A stretch of 63,900 nucleotides of DNA, counting the filler, from Stramenopiles sp. TOSAG23-3 (taxonomy: Eukaryota): NCBI GenBank assembly GCA_900128585.1. It is 4 parts of 4 records of this genome, joined end to end, with 100 filler letters (N's around TTAATTAATTAA, not from the genome) between each part and the next. Parts side by side here need not be neighbours in the genome. Positions count along the whole stretch, not along the records: positions 1 to 15,928 come from LT642506.1; positions 16,029 to 31,935 come from LT642507.1; 2 more parts are not named here. One strand, written 5' to 3'. Of the stretch, positions 12,001 through 18,876 are shown in pieces. The notes beneath the pieces are model-generated. The model ran no database searches and was not told the DNA's origin. It saw only the letters and a list, made by a program, of their open reading frames with translations. Both the position numbers and the translations under genes were made by a program. Positions within the stretch are counted from its first letter, which is position 1. Each line of letters opens with the position of its first letter.

Positions 12001-13076
12001 GGCCAAATGCATCCCAAGAGTATGCCCGCTTGTCTCTGAAAAATACTGTGCAGAACTTAAGCGCCATTTATTCCAAACCGGAGACCAGCGGCACCAGGAA
12101 CAACCTATTCTCCGGTGTTTTGGTAGTTCAGGCGTTGGACGAACTTCCCGCACGTTTAAAGGAGCAGCTTGCGATCGTCGAACTGGAAAGTATCGAGGCC
12201 GTGATTGTTAACCGCGAGGTATTGCTTCTTAACAAGCTGCTCGCGCATTTCAAAAATGCTGTCCATGACTTGGATTCTGCCGTGACGGGTGCAACCTCTT
12301 TCACGAGGGCCCACCTGTCCGCGTTGCAGACTTTGGAGAAGGGTCAAGTTCCTCCGGACTGGTTGGGGGACTTTACCTACCGCTTTACTCAGTCTGGAAG
12401 GCGCAGGGTTCCTCTCCGGTACTGGCTGTCGCATTTAAAATGCAGAGTGGACTATTTCAACAGCATACTCGGCGGAAACACATCGTTCCTGAAAGATATT
12501 CGTTTGGGGTACTTGTTGAGGCCTGTTCACGCGTGCCAAGATTTGTTGGGGGGCGAGATTGGGAATGAATATAAACACTGGGGGACCACGGGCCAGAAGC
12601 GTGCGCCAGACGATGCGTACGTTTTCACGGGCATGTACATGGATGGTGCACAGTACAGGCACTTGAACGAAAAAGAGTACGAAGCAGGATCTTCTGTATT
12701 TTTCACGGAAATCAAGGAAAGCGCTATGTACTCGCACGTCGCTTCCCTGTACGTCACGAAAAACAACGCATTGGTTTCAGAGGACGTCAGCAGTGCACAG
12801 CCCCAAAGCGATCAGTTTACGTACCAGTGCCCTGTGTATATTACGTCGGACCGCAATCGCCTGAATGGGGACGATGGGTCCAACAAGCTATTTTCCATTC
12901 CCTTGCCTTGCTGCTCTCCGGAGGCCAAAGCGCTGCTGGAAGCTGGACAGGCCAAGGGCACAGAGGAGTCAAAGAAGACAGCGTTGGCGAACTATCTGGG
13001 CGCCGATGATCTGAAAAGGCGCAACGTCGCGATTTCTTGCTACGTACACCCGGACGAGGCGTTCGTCATGATTTAG
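6..13076 (+). CDS. Divergent dynein heavy chain (axonemal-like), 5'-truncated at the contig start
   Basis: 4356-codon uninterrupted ORF with no ATG start. Tail/linker motifs LPIIKELRNPAMRARHW and LEYYG..RVVVTPLTERC. P-loop-like motifs GEDGWGKT, GPAGSGKST, GELSSGKQ and GQASTGKH. Stalk/MTBD LSKKDLEEVKSLRNPPAKVKTVMEAVCIML. AAA6 region GNWVILCNCHL...FRLWM. C-terminal YQCPVY. Confidence 0.93.
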   Translation: MARSMATRRRKKKRKKAKKRLVIANKGRKVKSKRRSMKWNLASSKIRSKVKAGVPVVGGTVGVQLSTCVRHVSEVENIMKFQGFVARSTDVLTDAAAYLVNKMVEPLFKIKLTVSTDGKGLCQFTPPLIEFEKGIKRVVSHLATIGVDIEPVNIDILQPTTNPSPRDERGHFFSAVRSAVTPDEAAVLHRSRTLMALLRGNMAYLGSLVLAMQTFKEFFVLDMASYVDKFRGTIKESTRTAVLKAQLEKVDFLQGEADRIKGTLVDTLWLHAFEIDCKDFKNHLHGNARAMKNLLLRRIDSDMREHMRVLSKRFGTYYDSLAIWPKNIEEFDNLKSSLDAFQRMHKESEVAVSSLTEQLEGLENRFFGVTENDYDMYWHARGWPYRLQHAKDNVLASMRKFQKRFEEELRHQKRVFMEEIDRLGLDFRGIHEKGVAQWREAEAVCDEISLLEDRLDGAVEEAEMIRSREQILGWEHDVNFGNAIEMREGMKPFNELWSKVAMWERQMPEWMDGPFLSINSESATEFVRQCWRDMYRLQRVFDQHDKYTEPLKVADRLKGALEGFKQYLPIIKELRNPAMRARHWMDLSIELNTTIRVDNSLTLRRLLADNMLEHQEAIKDISKVASRELKIEDALADIEATWNISGVCPATPEQVSTPFYFRFVLLDEIGSYGISNISEVTAILDEQSIQVQELESSLYAKPFNENILRLKEMQASMQTILEDWSFVQECYVSLYPQYLSGLLAKIPGVPAEYQKIDEQWRNTMDVLRTKDVKFEPPAMRFIELVEIGEDVSESKKIGESIMDGMQKYFLHMRSVCPRLYLLSDKQCFQMLALSKNPSFFHPLMRVLFPGTKRFELATRVKIRQEMEEVTDSESDTDFSGEEYTGSEESDSSEEDQENIMFREELRTVNIDLSKFGENFSASIVSCSGMYNEQIKLFEEVDLCDRRTKKIFPLEKWVANLETVSKRSLLEKIYDQMIALDEIIADMDATEEEHYETALKHLETWLLQVPTQVAAVSRSIMFFHVVERALRGGKTAELVMVRNSITQEIRCTSDMLRNFADNAASKEEALRAYHAASTYILTLLGCKDSVQQFIDKGTQSLGAFEVQAQFRHVLLETNPRSPKKLNVNMGILAKHKYTSGKRGNSAGGGSGIKKKLKPLPMMEKGRRIECRMLGFRRHFSLEYYGIFSRVVVTPLTERCQRAMMTSMRYCVCAMSVGEDGWGKTEIAKDMATLLGTLFLTFKLSNATTMENLRSILASVCANAAWCSIDNFCYVQKGVLALLAEAIGPLQRAALAGASSVNIEGVSSKLKFGWGVHFTSSPQPLRDIGIPPSLRTLLRITKFQAPARSVVLNSLLVANGHSNAQKLAEKVTLFLTRAQLEFPGRKECFGLRHVRLALDECSTRSITHRDSVKHSKDVEFFHALLRKVNVQFDIFDQTRCCEIMDTVMPGLGFGEDDTLQPLDYSIIKNQMENKYLVCGDNHLRTFQGMYECISAGPANMIVVGPAGSGKSTYINFLAQAMSEFERVFVANLVESENGESKKLKEKLRKRPTAEREGTGLSSSSEEEDEEESESDSACDEDNLQYGNVLRGTVNLQYLQPSSVSFDEFFGYFDSEYANKWVAGIFSTMSARFSANKVGFAGLKSVTKYSRKWIVIDSCVCGQTWMEVISACLDESRELLLANGDRVPFTDSMSLVFETDNISNVSPAFLSRCGVVSTKNDVVKDAASNEPLLWEHLITTWIGETQVRILTLRPYVNILQGLFASLLKPCVQFAMKNAASCPENSNHRLQLDQTWVVSSFLRLFECYLKDFKASTSEEVKRELRAAGDNKRVSAAVIEQLEKPKVLSMHADLIISNLQNVFLESLVWTLNPFFSREGQKRLDSFIRELISKFPKKSPEHVQSMAEDWREVKAQSFMKEIPALDIRQEVGLISDHVYNSDTQSWKAFVSNEYAHPIPDHISTVNIFQRGYIIPTTDYARGVASVTKLLLGGNNVVVVGELSSGKQAIVNNALGNLVEEVFSTTKLHFDQGTTANLVRAKIDEGLVTYRKGLRQPASEKRLVVYVDDLSAPEILGVKDGSIRPSHEAMRNLLDKSSWFSMYRGVFEETKIKNVGFVATERQPLSDSKLSLRVVRHFNVVSTDPWDKTKMTHVLSAMTTKFMQRTNHRLSNLAETVMNSAIDLIERCRNEFRPSPQHPHYQYFGLYDAARVTYGVFRVASRSLKYSGPPQKARLFVHEAQRVIEDRMVSMGDVKKFRQVIVQSTVGIFENSLDFGNDREETIVNEDFWPHWFYSALELDRKPCLFTDLVGSDGYIEMTQLAKIQTAINVACELMNEKSEEEGLPPVEIIPFKFTVVHLFRVCRILKDTRDHLCLTGQASTGKHTVLKLAAEMLKLQYVPIDLGKILRDGKKGWRETIKPVLRKAASGERLLLTVNLNSTADYVFRDLYNILKPGTVLEMFDGAELEEIDLRFRDDAIDANTMITSELTTEHVLQYFQDTCCANIKFAMCTSGTRHMFDMWNMYPTLPQLFVTDCFYSWDETTLRYAAEEIFKGSSSARLSKNTISAVADCAIGIHKCVEVAAARNDLAMSQRDFLGMCYLFREFTDNFFDESVETKSKYEFALAKLSETEDEVASMKEEIAGMKPLLDRKIEKADAVMKTVTAERSVVTGHVRAVRDDEAEIERQNKDATAKREFCKEKLREAMPTLNLAIDAIRQLSKKDLEEVKSLRNPPAKVKTVMEAVCIMLGLPPRKVKDPQDKTKKIDDYWASSQAILGNANALKQSLEQYHNHHDIRDNVIQKIEIEYLTLEHFNPEEARKASIACEGLCKWVIGIVKYYRVAQSIKPVKAALKEAEEDVKFSLQVLEQKRKNVKMAEKRLKQLEKQLDRASTEKQKLQAEVKELSGKIKNSTDMIIRLETERRRWEDALMDLNVGNETIPADSLLSAAYVAYCGPFSAEARTGLFQTWGELTTAHELVSTMSNDGDDEDSGDEKNPADLKFAFDPKRILIAEENILEWMSTGLPSDNGCIGSATILENNVKKWQWPLVVDPDGYAMYWMKNYYESDVGPPIIANVSNDAKLRESLRKAVTEGRTIIVDLGTGTAIGEKFIPFLALAGNLEQPTPCEVVVFEGESLNLDLGFKLVFVTKTPLPQGTSCSQPSVLFSLSEDALTEEIMWIMSYDLFPEQSALRQQAIIDNTRLHVRKKQLQNEVLELLNESEGSMMEDERLINVLNDSRRKTMECIGQIKTTNNKRLQNTECIEVFRPLAERAFTLYKVLSRMNLVKKAYSYSLVWFICILLNVIRDDPDLVVKEEENTEGGGGDQSRPNSKSQRKKPRKEKTVERIASAVSLMVHVNTITKADYLAKKEKKTGEAEEEPEGNAGEPADSAGGEESAKPTVYQLQVLKVKEAIEMLTSRVVKKAGSGVFLEDHVSFLAGISIELLDFSMEQRKLLSTEVSSLSQDALCRMIDEGKDIQMPSFFPYSLEEREKLPVPLTVQTWMTDEQWGRILYVARELPGVFSSLPSNIEKSAPVYAKMWHVIFMSSTPLEEVFPPPWDKTLTLKDKVVLLRAICPQSFDGSVLPSLIAVTLGDDTLDNIFQSLQDVHDMSSMTLPASPILMTLESGGSKDPLQSIEGFYARWQRFYGGPNTATRIFLGDGHKSIVRATEELKRAVSNGNWVILCNCHLEPQWLPKLSAFVHEVLHKKSSDVNPRFRLWMISVVDENFPSYLVQQSIRVAISEIHSIRHTSRGIFQELQAPDFDVDIMYSVSSNDADGPVLQDIFPVGMDKKFDDAIRSAYAEPASSKRKEYFRRLTYGLALFHGVMEQRASYGVLGWEDAFIEADLELAKEVLAIHMRRWEVLCHTREIKVIAETDGPAPPIPPAHLVDPDYNFYEWCAGVIGDVLYGNSLTDPNDYQSVRLILKSIVCEDALRERSLPYKWGMRGESGEPFGIGTMVEAIVPAGKRKKKRKRKNEDPMAGTIASLDRYKQHINRLPISTSGETVGLGPNASQEYARLSLKNTVQNLSAIYSKPETSGTRNNLFSGVLVVQALDELPARLKEQLAIVELESIEAVIVNREVLLLNKLLAHFKNAVHDLDSAVTGATSFTRAHLSALQTLEKGQVPPDWLGDFTYRFTQSGRRRVPLRYWLSHLKCRVDYFNSILGGNTSFLKDIRLGYLLRPVHACQDLLGGEIGNEYKHWGTTGQKRAPDDAYVFTGMYMDGAQYRHLNEKEYEAGSSVFFTEIKESAMYSHVASLYVTKNNALVSEDVSSAQPQSDQFTYQCPVYITSDRNRLNGDDGSNKLFSIPLPCCSPEAKALLEAGQAKGTEESKKTALANYLGADDLKRRNVAISCYVHPDEAFVMI

Positions 13077-13203
13077 CGCGTGGTTTCGATTTTAAAAATT
13101 AAAATAAAAAACAAACAAATTAAAGTAAGAATTTTGTTGTTTACTACACCGAGTGTTTCATAAATCGTTTTATCTCTCTCCTGTGAGTAAAACTTGTTTT
13201 AAA

Positions 13204-13236
13204 TTTTAAAAACAAGAAAATTGGCTGTTATTTAAG
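13204..13236 (+). repeat. Dispersed ~30-bp intergenic element, copy 1
   Basis: TTTTAAAAACAAGAAAATTGGCTGTTATTTAAG; near-identical copies at 18582, 21998 (-), 51215 (-), 59361 and 59402. Confidence 0.85.
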
Positions 13237-13386
13237 TGTTTTAAATTTAAAATTTTTTTAACTTTTTAAGTTTTTGTTGCGCTAAGCAAAAAGCCAAACC
13301 ATTTGATAAACTATTGTCTCGCCCCAAAACGTTAAAAGGAAAAAAAAATTGAATTTCCAAAGGTTGTTTTTGCGCTAAATGTACTC

Positions 13387-14556
13387 TCAATCCATATCGC
13401 AAGAAAATTCGCTTCGCCCCTGTTGAGAAGGTAGCAATCTTAACAGCGCATGCAAGTCGTCCATTTTCAGCCTGGCTAAAAGTTTCTGGTTGTACATTTG
13501 TTCCGCGAGCTGGAAGTGAGCAGTAAGAGCAACGTTCGCAACTCTTCCGAGTAGAAGAGAACCGTTGAAGAAAGTTGTCATGAAGTTGTCCTGGCTTATC
13601 GAAGCGTTCAGAACGTGGTAATGTCGTGCCACTTCACGGTAATACGTATTAAAGTAGCTGGAGTGAAACAAAAGTTCGTTCAAGACGTTGCAGTGGCCGA
13701 CCCAAGAATAAAATGTAGCGCGAGACTCGTCCTTTACGTCTGTACTTGCCGTTACCAAACTAAAGAGATACAAAAAAATCGGGGTATCGTAATGAATGCA
13801 TTCGACACTGCCATTTCGTCGAGTAACAGTTAGAACACTGTGAGGGTACGTAAATGGTGTCGTGCTGCAAGCATTTTCATCAAAGTCTACACGTACATTG
13901 AAGTCTGCACCGAGCTGGGCCATTTCCTCCAGTAGAAGCCGGTTCATTAAGCTGGACATTTTTGATTTGTACGTGAGTGCCACACTGACTACATCCCGGC
14001 TTGCGTCGGTCATTCTTGGAGTGTTGTGGTTCAGAAACTGCAGCTTTCTCTTCTTTCTGGTTTCCAAACTCTCAACTGCGGCGTTTTGCCCTGCGCAATG
14101 ACTGCTGCTGCCGCCAGCCTGCCGGACTCTTATTTCCCGCTTTCTGGTAGAAGATGAATGTACAATTTTTTTTACTGGCGGCGGCGAAACCAACGGTTCT
14201 TGAATGTGAGGTGTCACGTACTCATCAAAAGGGTCGTCCAGATCATGCTGCGTGTCGCACAGGCTTAGTGTGTTTCGTTGACTTTTTAGTTTTTGTTGGG
14301 CGTATAGGACCCAAGGCTTCTGGTGCATTCCAGACTCATTGCCCTGATCGTTTCGGTCCGTCAAAAGCAAGCATGTTCGTGCAATGGGGGGTGGTTCTAA
14401 TGGATCACGATTTGCGCTGCAGGTTGATAGCCTATCTTTTCCCTGCTGAAGAAAGAGCTTTGCACGTTCCATCGCGGACGGGTCGACCTGTACACGTTTC
14501 CCAGAACACGTTGTGAAGCCAGAAAAGGAACCGTTATGGTTAATCATGAGTGACAT
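13387..14556 (-). CDS. Hypothetical protein with an N-terminal BRC-like (RAD51-binding) repeat
   Basis: First ATG at 14556. FSGFTTCSGKRVQVDPSAMERAKLFL resembles the BRC consensus FxTASGKxVxVSxxxLxKAKxLF. The rest of the protein is not recognised. Confidence 0.7.
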   Translation of the reverse strand: MSLMINHNGSFSGFTTCSGKRVQVDPSAMERAKLFLQQGKDRLSTCSANRDPLEPPPIARTCLLLTDRNDQGNESGMHQKPWVLYAQQKLKSQRNTLSLCDTQHDLDDPFDEYVTPHIQEPLVSPPPVKKIVHSSSTRKREIRVRQAGGSSSHCAGQNAAVESLETRKKRKLQFLNHNTPRMTDASRDVVSVALTYKSKMSSLMNRLLLEEMAQLGADFNVRVDFDENACSTTPFTYPHSVLTVTRRNGSVECIHYDTPIFLYLFSLVTASTDVKDESRATFYSWVGHCNVLNELLFHSSYFNTYYREVARHYHVLNASISQDNFMTTFFNGSLLLGRVANVALTAHFQLAEQMYNQKLLARLKMDDLHALLRLLPSQQGRSEFSCDMD

Positions 14557-14717
14557 AGTTTTCGTTTTGTACAATTTCGCTTTTTAACTTTTGTTTAAAA
14601 TTTCAAATTCTTCTGGAATAGAAATGCAAAATTTTTAACACAGAATTAAATTTTCTTTGTTTTCTTATGTTTCGGTTATAGAAGTGAACTCTATGCCGTT
14701 CGTCGTTATTATGGGTA

Positions 14718-14773
14718 AGAAAGAACGAAAGAAAGAAAGAAAGAGTCGAAAGAAAAAAAGAACGAAAGAACGA

Positions 14774-14837
<64 letters not shown>

Positions 14838-14845
14838 AAAAAGAA
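14718..14845. repeat. (GAAA)n microsatellite / low-complexity tract
   Basis: Direct tetranucleotide repeats; a complementary (TTTC)n-rich tract lies at about 15037-15160. Confidence 0.9.
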
Positions 14846-15635
14846 GTTTTGAATGATGAAAGAACTTTTCATATTAATTTAAATTATTTATTATATATAG
14901 AAATACAATGGGGGTATTTTTCATTTTCATTCTGATTTGATGATGATTTGATGATGATTTGATTCATTTATAAATTCATATTTCTAATAAATCCGGTACA
15001 TATACACAGCATTACCTATTAATTATTAACACTTCATTTCTTTCTTTCTTTCTTTCTTCATTTCTTTCTTTCTTTCGTTCTTTCTAATATAACTTTCTTT
15101 CTGTCTTTCTATTATAACTTTCTTTCTGTCTTTCTCTTCCTTCCTTTCTTTCTTTCTTTATGAAAGTATTCGTTATACTCTTCCTTTGTAATTTTTGTTT
15201 TCTTTTTCTTTTGGTTATACGCATAATTTATAAATAATTAGTCTATGATAGGTGGAATACGTATACGTATGGCCATTCACAAGTACAGTTCTCGTATTTT
15301 TTATGTTCCAACGGAATGGCACTTTGATTGCATTTATTTAAGGTTCATACTTGTATGTATCGATAAACATTCTCATATTTATCTTAGAAAGAAGATTCAC
15401 TCCTTAATAATAAATAAATATTATTCGCTATAATAATAATTATTTTTTGTCGTTTTTGTGGCTGTTTGTTGTCCTCGTTGGGCTCCTCATTTGGAATTTA
15501 TGATTAATAGGTATAGGGAATGATTCTTATGTGTGTACGTGTCTAGACACGGAAACATATTTAAGAGAGGGAAAGTGAAGTTACGGTGTTAGAGCTGTGA
15601 ACTTGGTGAATCCATCATACAGGATTTGTTTAAAG

Positions 15636-15849
15636 ATGGCAGAGATTAGACCAACTCAAACGGAGGCGGTGGAGGTGCCGGTGCCGGTACCAGTACAAGA
15701 AGAGGGCGGGGTCGCGACCCCTCCGGCAACGCCACGGTCGAAGAAGAGCTGGGATGGTATGCAAAATGATGTGCAATCGTACGTTGTCGCGCACGCGCAC
15801 GATGATAAGGAGGCGCAGCAAATAACAAAACGATTGCAGACAATGACGT
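15636..15849 (+). CDS. 5' fragment of a hypothetical protein, interrupted by the inverted copy of dynein sequence
   Basis: ATG at 15636 (MAEIRPTQTEAVEVPVPVPVQEEGG...), with GC-richer coding-like composition. It runs directly into the 79-bp inverted repeat and the contig end. Confidence 0.55.
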
Positions 15850-15928
15850 TTGGCAATTACGAGCCTCTTTTTTGCTTTTTTCCTTTTCTTTTTGCGCCTG
15901 CGGGTTGCCATGGATCGAGCCAACGATT
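15850..15928. repeat. 79-bp exact inverted repeat, right copy
   Basis: Reverse complement of positions 1-79. Confidence 0.95.
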
Positions 15929-16028
15929 NNNNNNNNNNNNNNNNNNNNNNNNNNNNNNNNNNNNNNNNNNNNTTAATTAATTAANNNNNNNNNNNNNNNN
16001 NNNNNNNNNNNNNNNNNNNNNNNNNNNN
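15929..16028. other. Artificial contig-joining linker
   Basis: N44-TTAATTAATTAA-N44, exactly 100 nt, with stops in all six frames; recurs identically three times. Confidence 0.97.
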
Positions 16029-16029
16029 G

Positions 16030-16281
16030 AACGAGACCACGATTGTAAGTGGGAGTTGGGATAGAACCTTGCGTATTTGGGATTTGACAAACGATACGTC
16101 TCGGGTGATGAGAGGACACACTAATTTTGTCAATTCGGTGATAAAATTAAACCAGACCACGATTGTTAGTGGAAGTGCGGATAGAACCTTGCGGGTATGG
16201 GAATTAAATAAATTACCTGACCAATGCAGTGAAGTAAAAGATTTAACAATATGGGATAAATTAAAAAATTATTTTTTTTAG
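16030..16281 (+). CDS. 3' fragment of a WD40-repeat protein
   Basis: NETTIVSGSWDRTLRIWDL...RGHTNFVNSV...QTTIVSGSADRTLRVWEL; the frame is open from the contig start. Confidence 0.85.
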   Translation, partial: NETTIVSGSWDRTLRIWDLTNDTSRVMRGHTNFVNSVIKLNQTTIVSGSADRTLRVWELNKLPDQCSEVKDLTIWDKLKNYFF

Positions 16282-16657
16282 ATTTTTTAAATTTTTACAA
16301 AATTCATTTTCGTATTAATATTACACCTCCTCCTCATCTTTTGGGACTCTCTCTTCTTTTCTTCAGCAGTGTCTCTTCTTCTCTTTTTTTTCTTCTTCCT
16401 TCTTTTTTTTTTTTTTTTTTCTTCTTTTCTTATTCTTTCTTCTTCTTTTTTTCTAAATTACTACAAATAAAAATCAATCCTGTGAATCAATGTTATAAAT
16501 GTGGATATATTTTAAAATCTTGCCGTGATGAAATGAAAATTCATCCAGACTTATGCGTGGTGATCCTCTTGTACCGTATTTAACACTTTACAATTGGAAA
16601 TGTGGAAATAATTGTTTTTCTTTTCCCCCTTTGATATCGGAAAGACAACGCCGCGTG

Positions 16658-18563
16658 ATGTCGTACCGCCTCATTTTCAAACGCACTGTCTCAAAGTCAC
16701 CCGCACAGAAAGAGTTTTTCCGGCCGATACAAAACCTCGTTTGTCGTTCGTGCTTCAGTTGCTCTGCAGACCGTCCGAATTTAAATGTTTCGGGGGTAGA
16801 GGAAAAGATTTTTAAAACTCTCGATAGGGTTGTGCAAGATTTTGATCTGAACACGGAGGTCCGCGTCGCTGGAGGCTGGGTGCGCAACAAACTGCTGGGT
16901 TTGGACGGTGGTGACATAGATATTGCGCTGACTAACATGTCGGGGTTAGAATTTGCGAACCATTTGAAAAGGAGTCTTCGGCTGCGAGCAAACAAGAAAG
17001 GTGGGGGTGCGGATGATCTAGGCAGCTACCTGATCAAGGCAAACCCCGAACAATCGAAGCACCTGGAGACGGCGGCCGTGTGCCTCAATGGAGTATGGTT
17101 GGACTTCGTAAATATGAGGAGCGAGGTGTACGTAGACGATTCGGGGAGGATTCCTCAAATGTCGTTTGCAACTCCAGGAGAAGATGCAAACAGGCGCGAT
17201 TTCACTGTTAACAGCATGTTTTATAACATCCGCAGCAGGGAACTTGAAGATTTCACAGCAGTTGGCCTGAACGATCTTCGCAACAACATCCTCCGGACGC
17301 CACCGTCGCGACCCACTCTGGACGTCCTGTTGGAAGACCCGCTACGGGCTTATCGAGCAGTCCGATTTGCTGCCACGTACGGATTTCAGCTTGACAAAGA
17401 TCTTCAGGCGGCTCTAGCCACCCCACAACTGCACGAGGCCATTAAGCGCAAGATTCGTGGAGAGCGAATTACCACTGAAATGCGAAAAATGTACGATATC
17501 CCTGACAGGAAGTACTTGGAGGGCCTGGGTGTCCTGGGGCAAACAGGTCTTGGGCCAGTGATGATTCTGAAAGAGCCGGACAGTGGGTACTGTAAAAAAG
17601 GTGAGAACAAGGCCAATATTGATTTTGGCAAGTACGTGCAGGGGGTTGGAACTGAAAATGAAATGAGTGTGCTGAAAGATTTGTGGGGGAAAGGGCGCGT
17701 TCGGGTAGATACGCTATCAAGCATGTCCAAGATTGATGCGTCCGATCCCAATGGTGCCGCGACGTGGGGGATTTCACTTACCGTGGCTTCCATGGTATCA
17801 GTGCTCGCCGAATTTATGCCTATGAAAGAAATGGTTCAGATGGACAAGAGCACGGAAGCCAGTTTGCTGTTGGGCAATAGCAAATGTTCCAACAGACCGT
17901 ACACAAATATAGTCAGTGCAACGGTGCTGAATGATGCCGAGGCGAAATTTGCAGAGTACAGGAGGCTTCAGAAAGTCATGGATGCCGTAGAAACGGCCGC
18001 AGGCATGTCTGAAAAGCGCTTTTTTGTTCCATTCGTCGCCAGCAAACTTCGAGGGGTCGCAAAGGACGTGTCAAAACTAGCCAATCTTATTTTTATCGCA
18101 TCGCAGATTTTCCCCCTTGACGCGTACGAGTTGATTAAAGCACGAAATTTGACGGATGCGTCTCTATCTGTCGCTTTCTGGCTGCATTGTTTTGATAAAG
18201 GTTTTTGCCGGTACGGTATGCCTTTTGTGGAGGCATCGATAACCCTTGCGTGTATTCAAGCTTCCCCCCATGATTCCAAGCAAGCCGAAGTCCGCAGCCG
18301 TGCTTTATTGGATTTGTTTGGTCAAGTGGGGGGGGGGGCTGTCCCTCGAAACAACGGTTGCAGTTGGTCACAGTTTGGTGGATGGAAAGGAAATTTCAAC
18401 GCTCACCAAAGCAGTTGGAAGAGATATTCGAAGGTTGAAGAGCACTGGACAATTGTGGAATTTGTTCAGCCTGGTGCTGGGAGAAGGGAATAAGAAAGAG
18501 GACTGCCTCGAATTTTTGTACGTTCTTCAGAGGCAGGACGACCAAACCGGGTTGAAGAGTTGA
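16658..18563 (+). CDS. CCA1: CCA tRNA nucleotidyltransferase (class II), with an apparent frameshift in a G11 run near the 3' end
   Basis: VRVAGGWVRNKLLG..DIDIAL, DFVNMRSEVY, EDANRRDFTVNSMFYN and EDPLRAYRAVRFA. The C-terminal LVDGKEI motif is in the alternative frame that ends at 18563. Likely ATG at 16658. Confidence 0.88.
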
Positions 18564-18581
18564 TAAGTTGATGCACTAAAC

Positions 18582-18779
18582 TTTAAAACGAAAAACTGGC
18601 TGTTATTTAAAGGTAATTAAAATGTATTTGATTTAAAATGAGAGTCTTAAAACATACTATATATTTTAAAATAATTAAAATGTATATCTTCTTTCGTATA
18701 CTGCGAAGTTATCTCTGCTCCTGAGATTTTACTAATCAATAATACCCTCTTGTCACTTAGTCTTGATTATCGTTCTCAT
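18582..18779 (+). repeat. Dispersed intergenic element, copy 2, with extended homology blocks
   Basis: TTTAAAACGAAAAACTGGCTGTTATTTAAAGGTAATTAAAATGTA, then TAATCAATA..CTTGTCACTTAGTCTTGATTATCGTTCTCAT, shared with 59202-59546. Confidence 0.75.
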
Positions 18780-18876
18780 CGCACTAAACTAAACTTTTTG
18801 TAAAAAGGAGGGATTCTTAAAGACTTAAGAGAGTATAAGCAATAAACAAATCATTTCAAATAATATTTTACCTTTG

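Noticed and set aside
14603..14935. Lys/Glu/Arg-rich and Phe/Leu/Ser-rich ORFs
   Set aside because: They are translations of the (GAAA)n microsatellite.
1..15928. A 16-kb linear element or Polinton-like transposon bounded by 79-bp terminal inverted repeats
   Set aside because: The interior is host genes (dynein), with no integrase, polymerase or capsid. The repeat is itself in-frame dynein ORF sequence, so an artefact is more parsimonious.
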